Source: Granulicella sp. (GTDB lineage Bacteria > Acidobacteriota > Terriglobia > Terriglobales > Acidobacteriaceae). From it: a stretch of DNA of 64,000 nt. Each line of letters opens with the position of its first letter. Within the stretch, counting starts at the first letter, position 1. Below the pieces are notes generated by a model. The model made no database searches, was not told the DNA's origin, and saw only the letters and a list, made by a program, of their open reading frames with translations. Both the position numbers and the translations under genes were made by a program. The stretch spans positions 136,789 through 200,788 of the forward strand of contig DAHWNL010000078.1 in NCBI GenBank assembly GCA_027339965.1. The letters are read 5' to 3'. Below, piece after piece: positions 30,779 to 40,571 of the stretch.

Positions 30779-30824
30779 TGCCTCTATACCGACTATATTA
30801 CGTCAGTATAGAGGCAATTGTCAA
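30779..30824 (-). promoter_or_regulatory. Putative transposase promoter with an overlapping palindromic operator
   Basis: Minus-strand TTGACA (30824-30819), 18 bp, TAATAT; 15-bp inverted repeat TGCCTCTATACCGAC / GTCAGTATAGAGGCA (30779-30816, 1 mismatch). Confidence 0.5.
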
Positions 30825-30933
30825 GCGTTATACTGTATTGTTAATGACCTTTTTCTTAGGCGATTCGGCGGTGCTAAACTTCCAGACACAGGCACCCATC
30901 ATAATCAGAAATATAATTCCAAGAGCCTTCATT

Positions 30934-31986
30934 ATGAATACATACGTCCTGAATATTGCGTCTTCTTTGGCTCTTACCCTGGCCAGTTCGCCACTGGGCG
31001 AATCTGCGGTAGATACGGCCAAGAGGTTGCAACTTGGGGGCTTCCGCAACCACGATTTCAATCTACTGCTGGTGATGACTGCACTTGTGGCTTTCGGCGT
31101 GATAATGGAAGGCCCAGAGATAGTCCATGAAGCAAGAAATGCTTGGCTCCAATGCAGAGGGCGCAGGGCGCGGCACCGGAGCATTGCTCCCTGGATCACG
31201 CTAATCGGCGCAATCGGATGGCTGTTTATTGCTGTCGGCGTGGCTGGGGAAGTTTATTGGGAAGTAAAAGTTTCCCACGATGACGAAGCAATAACGTCAT
31301 TCGACGAGCAAAAGCTAGGGGACGCCGAAAAATCCGCTGCTGACGCTAACAAACTGGCAGGGGAATTAGGCGTTAAAGTAGATGAGCTACCAAGCTTTGT
31401 TGCAAAAAGAGAAGGTGAACTGAACGACAACATTGCCCAGTTCCGACGATATGCTCGTTTCGCACAAGGCCAGACGGCCAATGATTTAAAGCGCCTTAAG
31501 GACGATACAGATGCTCTCAACAATGCACGTGACGATGCAACCGCCGCAGCAAAGCAAGCAGAGCGTGAGCGAGCAGCTATGGAAGCGGCCAACGCGCCGA
31601 GATATTTAACACCGCAACAACAAGCAGATTTTGTAGCAAAGATGGCAACATTCCCCGGGCTATCTGCGAACGTATTGACTACCCCATCAAACACTCCGGA
31701 CGTTGGACCTCTTGCCGCTCTTCTTGAATCACTGCTAGTACAAGCGAAATGGAAGACCGGCTCCATGCAGGGCTTAGCCGGGTGGGCGAAGTATGTCCAT
31801 GTTTGCGTCGGCAAAAGTCCGAAACCAGCCGTTGTTAGTTCCGCGTCCATCTTTGCGGCGGAATTGAATGCGGACGGAATTCCTGCGTTCGTCGATAACA
31901 CGATAGAGCCAAACATCCAAGCAACTGGTGTCGGGACACTCCTTCCCAATCCAGATTTGCTTGTCATCGTCGGTTCTAAGCAGTGA
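30934..31986 (+). CDS. Hypothetical membrane protein (2 TM, coiled coil, small C-terminal domain); IS passenger
   Basis: Two hydrophobic helices, long Ala/Lys/Asp/Glu helical region, APRYLTPQQQ...LLVIVGSKQ; visibly AT-richer than the flanks. Confidence 0.65.
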   Translation: MNTYVLNIASSLALTLASSPLGESAVDTAKRLQLGGFRNHDFNLLLVMTALVAFGVIMEGPEIVHEARNAWLQCRGRRARHRSIAPWITLIGAIGWLFIAVGVAGEVYWEVKVSHDDEAITSFDEQKLGDAEKSAADANKLAGELGVKVDELPSFVAKREGELNDNIAQFRRYARFAQGQTANDLKRLKDDTDALNNARDDATAAAKQAERERAAMEAANAPRYLTPQQQADFVAKMATFPGLSANVLTTPSNTPDVGPLAALLESLLVQAKWKTGSMQGLAGWAKYVHVCVGKSPKPAVVSSASIFAAELNADGIPAFVDNTIEPNIQATGVGTLLPNPDLLVIVGSKQ

Positions 31987-32231
31987 GTAAAGTCCCATGT
32001 GCCGTTGCTGGTCAGCGGGACAACCATCAGCAAGATTCTGACCAATCGTCTTACCTGTGGAAATCGAACGGCACCACTACCCATATCCTCCGTGGGTCGA
32101 CGAACACCAGACCCTTCCGGTATTCTAGTTTCTATATCATCAAGACCGGTTGCAGAGCGAGCGCCCGGAGCTCTTACCCTGCGCTCACCCACCAGGCGAG
32201 CTGGAGACGAAGCAACTCAAGGAGAACGGCT

Positions 32232-32747
32232 TTGCGTAGTCTTAGATATCTCTTACTGGCCGCACTGTTCGGATGCATCGCGGCGGCCTCTGCCGGTGCG
32301 CAGATTTCGTTTGGTGTTGACATCGGCGGTTACCCGGAGGGCCCCCCGGAATGCCAATGGGGATACTACTCCTATCCCCCTTATGCCTGCGCGCCTTATG
32401 GCTATTACGGACCACAGTGGTTCAATGGCGGTCTGTTCATCGGTGCCGGTCCGTGGTACCACTTTGGCTGGGGCGGCGACGATTGGGGAGATGGCGGTTG
32501 GGGTGACTGGCACGGCGGTGACTGGCACGGCGGCGGCTGGGCTCGCGGCGGTGGCTGGGGTGGAGGGCATGGTATGATCGGCGGCGGTTTCCATGGCGGA
32601 GGTTTCCATGGCGGCGGATTCCATGGTGGCGGATTCCATGGTGGCGGATTCCACGGCGGCGGATTCCATGGCGGTGGCGGCTTTCACGGCGGCGGCTTTC
32701 ACGGCGGCGGTGGTGGATTCCACGGCGGTGGGGGCGGACGCCGCTAA
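32232..32747 (+). CDS. Secreted glycine-rich protein with GGGFH repeats
   Basis: TTG start after AAGGAG; signal peptide; PPECQWGYYSYPPYACAPYGYYGPQWFNGGLFIGAGPW core; (GGGFH)n tail. Confidence 0.75.
   Translation: MRSLRYLLLAALFGCIAAASAGAQISFGVDIGGYPEGPPECQWGYYSYPPYACAPYGYYGPQWFNGGLFIGAGPWYHFGWGGDDWGDGGWGDWHGGDWHGGGWARGGGWGGGHGMIGGGFHGGGFHGGGFHGGGFHGGGFHGGGFHGGGGFHGGGFHGGGGGFHGGGGGRR
32579..32735 (+). repeat. Imperfect 15-bp coding tandem repeat (GGGFH, ~9 copies)
   Basis: ggcggcggtttccat / ggtggcggattccat / ggcggcggctttcac units. Confidence 0.8.
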
Positions 32748-33392
32748 AGCGTTTTCAGTGCAGGTGTAACGCGACGCCTCGACCTCCATGGGCGTTTTTC
32801 CCAATGAAAACGCCACTGCACGCCCTCTCCGGTGTGCCCAGCAACACTGAAAATGCTATAAGTCAACTGCTCTCTGTTACTCCTTGAAGGCGGCTACTCT
32901 GCCGAGCAGCCGATCTTCTTGGTTCGGTTGATCTTCGGAACTTACGGATCGCACTCTCGCAGAGCACCAAGCGCCCCGGTCTCGCGGCCTCGTCTGCTCT
33001 GCGAACGGCTCAGTTCCGGCGCAAAGCCAACCTCACGCCGAACCTACAATCCCTTCTCGAGTATGGATGAGTTTGCCGAAGCGGAGCAGGCCTTCCAGCA
33101 GTAGAACGGCATCCGACGGATTCTGCGCTTGCATCACCGTCTCCTTGGCGATTGCCCAACACGGCGATCGCCCAACTTTCGGATCGAGCAGATCTGCGCG
33201 AATCCACTTTTTGAATCTCGGCTTGTAACCTGTGCCTGTCTTTCTGCCTGACAAAACTTCTATCGAAGCGCCTTCTGTCGATAAGAGAAATGCGAGAAAG
33301 AATTCGCTTGTCCCGGATACCGCGAATTGCGGAAAAGCCGCCCTGGAACCTTGACTGCAGTTCTGGGGCGGCTGATGGCGACACTTCGCTCT

Positions 33393-34298
33393 CTACCTGC
33401 TTGGCGCCGATGTCGTTGCTGGGGCCGCCGTGTTCGGCTTCTTGGCTGGAGTCGCATTCGGAGGCTGTGGATGCCAGAAGCTCATATCGTTTTGCGTCCA
33501 GCTACTTGGAAGGCGGCTCATACTTGGAGTAAATACGTAGAGATTGTTCTGGACGCTATCGTAGTCCGAGCTCACAATCCCCAGGATATGCTTATGAGCT
33601 ACCTCGCCCATGTTTTTGAGGTATTGCTCAGCGAGGGACTGGTGCCGGTCGATATCGGATAGCGCCTTGACCGGGATCAGAATCAAGAAGGAATTGTCTT
33701 TCGCCTTTCCGAAGATCTGCTGATAGACGGTATAGTGGAAGTTCGGATCCGTCCGAGCCCAAACATCACCAGACTTGCGGATGACATCTGAGAACTCCGA
33801 GTCATGCCCGAGCTTGACCTGAATGTGGACCACGTCCATGAAGCGCATACTGCCGAGATTCTCAGGCTGTGGATTACTCAGGTCCGGGCGCAGCCGCCAG
33901 ATCGACGTCTCCGTTTTTTCAAGAGTCGCGCTGTGTTCCGCTTCGAGCGTGTCCATCTTGTCGCCAATGATGGTGTCGTCATTGTCATGCACGTCCGCCA
34001 TCTCTTGGAGCGAGGAGTAGCCAGAGAGAAACATGATGTCTTCCGATCCGGAGATTCCTCCCATGCCAAGGTAATATTCCTTGGCTTTGGCCGCGTCGAG
34101 GGCTGCTCTCATCTCGACTTCCAGCTTCTCATGAGTGAACTCATCGCCAGGCTTCGGCGTCTCCCGAACGGTTACGAGGATCGGCGCCGGTCCGCTCGGC
34201 AACGGTGCGTGTTCCTGAGCGCTGGCCGCGATCGCCGTCAGGCCAGCGGCTGCTACCCCAATCCATACAAGGCACTTCCGAGCTTGGACCTGGTTCAT
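33393..34298 (-). CDS. Secreted hypothetical protein with two similar alpha/beta halves (NIPSNAP-like)
   Basis: Signal peptide (..ASAQ); the halves start VRETPKPG / IQVKLG and end WRLRPDLS / YVFTPSMS; GGGGAGG RBS. Confidence 0.6.
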   Translation of the reverse strand: MNQVQARKCLVWIGVAAAGLTAIAASAQEHAPLPSGPAPILVTVRETPKPGDEFTHEKLEVEMRAALDAAKAKEYYLGMGGISGSEDIMFLSGYSSLQEMADVHDNDDTIIGDKMDTLEAEHSATLEKTETSIWRLRPDLSNPQPENLGSMRFMDVVHIQVKLGHDSEFSDVIRKSGDVWARTDPNFHYTVYQQIFGKAKDNSFLILIPVKALSDIDRHQSLAEQYLKNMGEVAHKHILGIVSSDYDSVQNNLYVFTPSMSRLPSSWTQNDMSFWHPQPPNATPAKKPNTAAPATTSAPSR

Positions 34299-34482
34299 AT
34301 TCCTCCCCTCTCCTTTGGTGAGCGAAATCAAGATCTAACGTATTGTACGCGGCAGAGCAAAAATAGACCAAGCGAAGCAACAAATGGAGATGCACGCCGG
34401 CATGGTCCGAGAAGCAGACTGCCGGAGATGCGTGCCACGACGCCGGCGTAACCCCGGCCCCGGCACGGCTTGACGGAAATGG

Positions 34483-35994
34483 CTACCAGCCTCCTCCCAG
34501 CGCGTTGTAGAGCTGGACCAGAGCGAGGGCCTCCTGTCGCTCGACAGCATTCAGCGTCAGCTCTGCGTTGTAGAGATTCGTGTCTGTGGTCAATACTTCC
34601 AGATAGCTGGTAGCACCCCCTTGATAACGAATGCGAGCCAGACGCAATGCGTCGGCAGCGGCGGCCACCTGCTTCTCTTCTAAATCACGGTACTCGCGGC
34701 TCCTGTGGTAAGCCACCAGGGCATTGGAGACATCGCGGAGCGCCTCAGCGATCGTCTGCTGGTAGGTGTCCAACAGCTCCTTGTGCGCAGAGAGCGCCAG
34801 GTGGTAGTTGTCCCGGATCTTGCCGGCATTAAAAATAGGCTGGGTGAGCCCACCGACAGCATAGTAGTAACCGTTCGCAGGATTCAGAAGCTCGTCAAAC
34901 TGGCTGCTGCCAAGGCCGCCCTCCGCCGTGATCGAGAGCTGCGGAAAGTATGCGGCGCGCGCGACGCCGATGTTGGCATTGGCCTGAACAAGAAGCTCTT
35001 CGGCACGGCGAACATCCGGCCTGCGCTCCAAAAGATCAGAGGGGAGCCCGACAGGAACGTCTACCGGGTGCGGGGCGTCAGCCACAGGATACCCTCGATC
35101 GATGGGTCCTGGAGCTTCCCCAAGCAGCAGACGAAGGTCGTTCTCCTGGCTGGCAATCTGACTCTGAAGCGCAGGAATCTGCGCCTGGGCGGCGTAGCAG
35201 AGTTCCTCGGCCTGGCGCACATCGGCCAGCGATTCCGCTCCGCCACGCTCCAGGGTTTGGGTGAGCGCCAAAGACTGTTGACGCGCCCTGAAAGTCTTGC
35301 GAGTGAGGTCGAGCTGGGCATCCAGGGAGCGCAACTGATCGTAGTCGGTCGCCACATCTTCGATCAAAGTGCTGTAGGTGGTCTGCTGGGCCCACTCGGT
35401 TGCCCGCAGGTAAGCCCGCTGAGCCTCCGTCTGGCGGCGGTAGTATCCCCAGAAGTCCAGATTCCAGGCCACAGACCCGGTCAGACCGCCGAAGAAGTAG
35501 GTGGACTGAGAGCTTTTGGAGTTGCCGAGCAGTCCACCAGGCAGCCCCAAGGCTACATAGGACGCGCCCGCGTCGACGCTGGGATATTCCGCCGACTTAG
35601 TCATTCCAAGCCGGGCCTGCTCTTCCAGCACCCTGTCGGCGGCAATCTTTACGTCATAGTTGTTCTGGAGCGCCCGGCGGATGAGCTGTTGGAGAACCGG
35701 ATCGGTGAAGACGGTCTGCCAGCTTTGAGCCCCGAGCCACGTGGTTGCCGGTTTGGGGTCAGCGTTGTCTGCAGCCGCGGCGGTGGGTTTGGCCGCGTCG
35801 GGTTTGTTTGCGGTGCCGACGGAAGATGCGATCTCCGGCGCCATGGCTCCGCGATAGCTGGACGGGAGGTTGACCACAGGCCGCTTATAGTTCGGTCCGG
35901 CATTGCATCCTGCGAGGGAGAGCCCGAGGCCGGCGGCGAGCAGCAGAGCCAGACTGCGGTTGGCGTCGCAGAGGACGTGCAGAGAACGATTCAT
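34483..35994 (-). CDS. RND efflux outer-membrane lipoprotein (NodT/OprM family)
   Basis: Lipobox LAGC; GLPSDLLERRPDVRRAE, ANANIGVARAAYFP, LYNALGGGW. Confidence 0.93.
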   Translation of the reverse strand: MNRSLHVLCDANRSLALLLAAGLGLSLAGCNAGPNYKRPVVNLPSSYRGAMAPEIASSVGTANKPDAAKPTAAAADNADPKPATTWLGAQSWQTVFTDPVLQQLIRRALQNNYDVKIAADRVLEEQARLGMTKSAEYPSVDAGASYVALGLPGGLLGNSKSSQSTYFFGGLTGSVAWNLDFWGYYRRQTEAQRAYLRATEWAQQTTYSTLIEDVATDYDQLRSLDAQLDLTRKTFRARQQSLALTQTLERGGAESLADVRQAEELCYAAQAQIPALQSQIASQENDLRLLLGEAPGPIDRGYPVADAPHPVDVPVGLPSDLLERRPDVRRAEELLVQANANIGVARAAYFPQLSITAEGGLGSSQFDELLNPANGYYYAVGGLTQPIFNAGKIRDNYHLALSAHKELLDTYQQTIAEALRDVSNALVAYHRSREYRDLEEKQVAAAADALRLARIRYQGGATSYLEVLTTDTNLYNAELTLNAVERQEALALVQLYNALGGGW

Positions 35995-38900
35995 TCCCGG
36001 CCTCCTGCGGGGTGATCCGAGCCTTCGCCATGCCCGGATGCAGGGCCCGGATGATGGCCAGGATCGGCTGGTTCTTCAGAAGTTCTGCGATGGGCCGGGT
36101 GTCCTTTTAGCTCCAGCGAGCCGCTGTGTTCCTTGCCGAACCAGCCGGCGAAGCGTTCCGCCAGGGTAAAGGTGACCGGGATCAGGAAGATGGCGAGCAG
36201 GGTTGCAGCTAACATGCCACCGATAACCACTGTGCCCAGAATCTGGCGCGAGACGCCGCCGGCGCCGTGAGCAAACCAGAGCGGGACGCAGCCGAGAATG
36301 AAGGCAAAGGCGGTCATCAGAATGGGACGGAAGCGCAGCCGCGCGCCGTTCATCGCGGCCTCAAAGAGGGTCTCGCCCTTTTCGAACTCCTCTTTGGCGA
36401 ACTCGACGATCAGAATTGCGTTCTTGGCGGACAGACCGATCAGCATGACCAGGCCGATCTGGGCGAAGACATCGTTCTCCAAATGACGCGCCATGAGCGC
36501 AAGATAGGCTCCCAGGATCGCAATCGGGGTACTGAGGAGCACGCCGAAAGGAAGCGACCAGCTCTCATACTGCGCGGCGAGGATGAGGAAGCAGAGCAGC
36601 AGCGAGAGAGCATAGACCACCCAGGCGGGAATGCTTTGCTCCGCCTTCTTCTGCTGGAAGCTGAGGCCGGAGTAATCCATCCCGATGCCGGCAGGCATGG
36701 TCTGGTGGAAGACGGACTCCAGCGCGGCCATGACCTGGCCGGAGCTGTAGCCGGGCCTGGCGACGATCGTGATATCGGCAGCCTCATACTCATTGAAGCG
36801 GGTGATGAACTCCGGACCGGTGATGCGCCTCACCGTGACGAGAGAAGCCAGCGGGACACGGTTACCGTTGGCCGCTGTCACGTAAAACTGGCTGATGTCT
36901 CCGATGTCCGTGCGCGAGCTTCCTTCCGCCTCAATGTAGGTCTGCCACTCTCGACCGAAACGGTTGAAGTAGTTCACCAGCGTGCCGCCCAGAAACGCCT
37001 GCATGGTGGTGTAAATATCACCCAGGTTTACCTGATCCTGCGCGGCTTTTTCGCGGTCCACATCCACATAGAGCTGGGGAACCGCAGGAAAGTAACTGGG
37101 GATCGCAGCCGCGATCTCCGGACGCCGGCTAAGAGCGCCAAGGTATCTGTACACGTTGGCGGTAAGAAAGTTGGGGTCATTGCCGCCAGAGCGGTCTTCC
37201 AGGACCATGCTGACGCCTCCAGAGGTTCCCAGGCCGGGAATGGCGGGCGGCGTAAAAGAGAAGGCCAAGCCCTCTTTGATCCCCGCCAGCGCCCGGGCAA
37301 GATTGGCTTGCAGAGCCTCGAAGCGTTCGTCCGGCGCTGCGCGCCGGTTCCAATCCTTGAAGGTGACGAAGAAAAAGCCGCTATAAGTGGTCTGGGCCTG
37401 CGAGAGAAGGCTGAAGCCCACCACATCCACCACGCTTTGGACCCCAGGCACCTGATGAAGCGCCCGATCGACCTGCAAGGCAGCCTGGGTAGTTCGCTGC
37501 AGACTGGCCCCCTGAGGAAGTTGCAGATTGACGAAGGCGTAACCTTGATCTTCCGTGGGAAGGAAGCCTCCGGGCAAGCAGGAGCCCAACAGCAGCACCA
37601 AGGCGCTAACCACTGCGAGCGTCAGCACGCCCAGCACCCATTTATGCACCAACCATCCAGAGGCGGTGACATACCCACGGGTGGTGCGGCGGAAGACGCG
37701 GTCAAACCAGCGGAAGAAGGGCGCTAGAGGGCCCTTGGACTCAGCTTTGGGCTTGAGCAGCAGAGCGCAGAGTGCGGGGCTGAGCGTCAGGGCGTTGAAG
37801 GCGGAAAAGAGAACCGAGATGGCGATGGTAACCGCAAACTGCTGGTACAAACGCCCGGTGATGCCAGGAATAAACGCCGTGGGAATAAACACCGAGGCGA
37901 GGATCAAGGCGATGGCGATGACCGGACTGGCGACCTGTTCCATGGCGGCGTAGGAGGCCTCCAGCGGCGTCATGCCTTCCTCCATGTGATGCTCTACCGC
38001 CTCGACCACAACGATGGCGTCGTCCACCACCAGACCAATCGCCAGGACAAGACCAAAGAGCGAAAGAGTGTTCACCGAAAATCCCAACACGGGGAAGACC
38101 ATGAAGGCGCCGATCAGAGAGACGGGAACGGCCAGCAAGGGAATCAGTGTCGCCCGCCAGCCCTGCAGGAAGATGAACACCACCAGGATGACAAGCGCCA
38201 GGGCCAGCAGCAGGGTGATGAGGATCTCATGCATGCCGGCGGTGACGGCCTTGGTGGTATCCAGCGGCACAGCCGAAGCCATGTCGGCAGGAAATTGGGC
38301 CGAGAGCCTCGCCAGCTCCAGGCGGACGTTCTTGGCTGTCTCAACAGCATTGGTTCCAGGGAGCTGATAGACGGCCATGACGGCGGCCGGCTTGCCGTTG
38401 AACAGACCGTTGAGGTTGTAAGTCTGGTCGCCAAGTTCGATGCGGGCCACATCGCGCAGGTGCAGGACGGAGCCATCCGGGTTGCTGTGCAGGATGATGT
38501 CGCCGAATTGCTCGGCGGTGAGCAGACGTCCCTGGGTACGCACGGTGTAAGTAAACTGCTGGCCGCTTGGAACCGGCTCGCCGCCGATCTGCCCGGCTGG
38601 GTTGACAGTGTTCTGGGCCAGCAGAGCCTGTTCGATCTGCGGAATGGTCACGCCCAGGCGAGCCAGCTTGTCCGGCTTGACCCAGATGCGCATGGCATAC
38701 TGCCCTGCCCCGAAGATCTGGATACGGGAGACGCCCTTGACGCGCGTGAGGTCATCGGCCAAATGGATGTAGGCGTAGTTGGCCAGGAAGATGCCGTTGT
38801 AGGTGGAGTGGGGTGAGGTAATCGCCAGCAGCATGAGCGGCGAGGAGAGGGATTTTTGAACCGTAAGGCCGGCGGTGTTGACCTCCGCCGGCAGTTGGCT

Positions 38901-39248
38901 TTGGGCCTGAGAAACACGGAGCTGGGAGAGAATCTGGTCGGTGTCTGGGTTGGTGTCCACGCCGAAGTCAACGATGAGTTGGGTCAAGCCGTTACTCGCG
39001 TTGATCGACTGCATGTAGTTCATGTTGTCCACGCCGTTCATCTGTTGCTCGATGGGCGTAGCCACTGAATTCACCATCGTCTCCGCATCTGCCCCAGGGT
39101 AGGTGGCCTGAACCATGATCTCCGGCGGAACAATGTTCGGGTACTGCGCAGTGGGCAGACCCACCAGCGAGACGAGTCCCCCGATCACCATGAGAATGGC
39201 GATCACGATGGCCACGATCGGCCGGCGTATGAAGAACTTTGAAATCAT
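35991..39248 (-). CDS. RND multidrug efflux permease (HAE1, AcrB/MexB family)
   Basis: FFIRRPIVAIVIAI, AIGLVVDDAIVVVE, GLSAKNAILIVEFAK, RLRFRPILMT. Confidence 0.95.
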   Translation of the reverse strand: MISKFFIRRPIVAIVIAILMVIGGLVSLVGLPTAQYPNIVPPEIMVQATYPGADAETMVNSVATPIEQQMNGVDNMNYMQSINASNGLTQLIVDFGVDTNPDTDQILSQLRVSQAQSQLPAEVNTAGLTVQKSLSSPLMLLAITSPHSTYNGIFLANYAYIHLADDLTRVKGVSRIQIFGAGQYAMRIWVKPDKLARLGVTIPQIEQALLAQNTVNPAGQIGGEPVPSGQQFTYTVRTQGRLLTAEQFGDIILHSNPDGSVLHLRDVARIELGDQTYNLNGLFNGKPAAVMAVYQLPGTNAVETAKNVRLELARLSAQFPADMASAVPLDTTKAVTAGMHEILITLLLALALVILVVFIFLQGWRATLIPLLAVPVSLIGAFMVFPVLGFSVNTLSLFGLVLAIGLVVDDAIVVVEAVEHHMEEGMTPLEASYAAMEQVASPVIAIALILASVFIPTAFIPGITGRLYQQFAVTIAISVLFSAFNALTLSPALCALLLKPKAESKGPLAPFFRWFDRVFRRTTRGYVTASGWLVHKWVLGVLTLAVVSALVLLLGSCLPGGFLPTEDQGYAFVNLQLPQGASLQRTTQAALQVDRALHQVPGVQSVVDVVGFSLLSQAQTTYSGFFFVTFKDWNRRAAPDERFEALQANLARALAGIKEGLAFSFTPPAIPGLGTSGGVSMVLEDRSGGNDPNFLTANVYRYLGALSRRPEIAAAIPSYFPAVPQLYVDVDREKAAQDQVNLGDIYTTMQAFLGGTLVNYFNRFGREWQTYIEAEGSSRTDIGDISQFYVTAANGNRVPLASLVTVRRITGPEFITRFNEYEAADITIVARPGYSSGQVMAALESVFHQTMPAGIGMDYSGLSFQQKKAEQSIPAWVVYALSLLLCFLILAAQYESWSLPFGVLLSTPIAILGAYLALMARHLENDVFAQIGLVMLIGLSAKNAILIVEFAKEEFEKGETLFEAAMNGARLRFRPILMTAFAFILGCVPLWFAHGAGGVSRQILGTVVIGGMLAATLLAIFLIPVTFTLAERFAGWFGKEHSGSLELKGHPAHRRTSEEPADPGHHPGPASGHGEGSDHPAGGRE

Positions 39249-39251
39249 AGG

Positions 39252-40469
39252 TCAGTTTCCCTGCTGGTCTGCGCTCTGCCCTGAAGCAGCGGAGGCGGGA
39301 TCGACGGCAGGTTGGGGAGTGGTATCCGGTTGAGGTACAACCTTCATCCCGTCCCGCACCTTGTCCATACCCTGGGTAATGACCTGTTCGCCGGGATTCA
39401 AGCCGCTGGTGATGACAATATCCGGGCCGATTTGAGGACCAAGCCGCACGGTGCGAACATGCGCAACATGATCCTGCCCGACCACGAGGATCTGATGCAG
39501 CCCCTGGAGCTCCGTAACCGCGCGCTGCGGCGCCAGCACGGCATTTCGCAGCACGGAGGTCTCCGCCGAGACGCGTCCGAACTGGCCAGGACGCAGCAGG
39601 TTGTCAGGATTGGCGAAGGCCGCCGCCAGACGAATGCTGCCGGTTTGAGCCGTCACCGCGCGGTCCACAAAGATGATATGGCCCAGGTGAGGGAAAGTCT
39701 GGTTGTTCGCCAGAGTGAGATGGATGGGAATGAGATTACCGCTCTGCAGAAGGTCAGCGTTGCCGTGCGAAGCTGCCCGCGCTGACAGCGCAAGATACTC
39801 CTGCTCGCTGATGTAGAAGTACACTTTGATGGGGTTGACCTGCGAGACCGAGGTGAGGACTGAAACGGGGCTAACCAGATTGCCGACCTGGAGCATCGCC
39901 TGTCCCGCCACACCATCGATAAGCGAACGCACTTTTGTAAACCCAACATTCAACGCTGCCGACTCAACGCCGGCCTGGGCACTGGCAACGGCAGCCTTAT
40001 CAGCCGCCTCGGTCTGAACCTCAGTGTCCAATTGACTCTGCGGAATGGCCTGCGCCGCCGCCAGCGGCGTGTCGCGGCGCACATTAATCTGCGCGAGCCG
40101 CAACTGCGCCTGGGCCTGCGCCAAAGACGCGTTGGCCTGGTCCAGGACCGCCTGGAAGGGACGCGGATCAATCTCGAAGAGCACCTGGCCCTTGTGGACC
40201 GCACTTCCCTCTTTGTAATCCTGGCGGATCAGGTAGCCGGAAACCTGCGGCTGAATCTGCGCATTGACATAGCCGTCCGTGGTCGCCACCCAATGGCCGA
40301 TCACTGGAACATCCCTGCGTTCCGCCGGCGTCACCATGACCGGCAGCGGCCCAATGGCCTCCTGCATCGCCTGCGGTGGGCCACTACGGTTGCATCCGGC
40401 CAACGGCGCCGCAGACAACAGAGCTAGCGCTAGCGCAAGGGATCCCCGCAGAGGGGGGCAACATAGCAT
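39252..40469 (-). CDS. RND periplasmic adaptor (membrane fusion) lipoprotein
   Basis: Lipobox LAGC; IQPQVSGYL, VLFEIDPRPF, NPDNLLRPGQF. Start placed at ATG 40469, downstream of the operator. Confidence 0.92.
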   Translation of the reverse strand: MLCCPPLRGSLALALALLSAAPLAGCNRSGPPQAMQEAIGPLPVMVTPAERRDVPVIGHWVATTDGYVNAQIQPQVSGYLIRQDYKEGSAVHKGQVLFEIDPRPFQAVLDQANASLAQAQAQLRLAQINVRRDTPLAAAQAIPQSQLDTEVQTEAADKAAVASAQAGVESAALNVGFTKVRSLIDGVAGQAMLQVGNLVSPVSVLTSVSQVNPIKVYFYISEQEYLALSARAASHGNADLLQSGNLIPIHLTLANNQTFPHLGHIIFVDRAVTAQTGSIRLAAAFANPDNLLRPGQFGRVSAETSVLRNAVLAPQRAVTELQGLHQILVVGQDHVAHVRTVRLGPQIGPDIVITSGLNPGEQVITQGMDKVRDGMKVVPQPDTTPQPAVDPASAASGQSADQQGN

Positions 40470-40521
40470 AACGGAATAGCCTCCGGCAGAAACTCCGGAT
40501 ACCTTCGGAGAAGCCTCCGAA

Positions 40522-40541
40522 AATATACACGTATGTATATT
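40522..40541. promoter_or_regulatory. Probable TetR operator between the divergent efflux operon and tetR
   Basis: Perfect palindrome AATATACA-CGTA-TGTATATT in an AT-rich intergenic patch. Confidence 0.65.
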
Positions 40542-40571
40542 ATGCTCGAAGGTGGAGAATCGATTCAAAAA

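Larger units (their letters stand above)
29403..32082. mobile_element. IS1-family insertion sequence carrying passenger genes (2680 bp)
   Basis: 29-bp terminal inverted repeats GGGTAGTGGTGCCGTTTGAAATCCACAGG vs GGGTAGTGGTGCCGTTCGATTTCCACAGG (26/29 identical); flanking 5-bp direct repeat ATATC (29398-29402 and 32083-32087); internal DDE transposase. Confidence 0.85.

Noticed and set aside
32579..32735. Tandem repeat as a CRISPR or non-coding repeat
   Set aside because: No spacers, and variation is at third codon positions, so it is a coding repeat.
32750..33390. Short ORFs in the spacer after the glycine-rich gene
   Set aside because: No RBS, motif or consistent frame was recognised.
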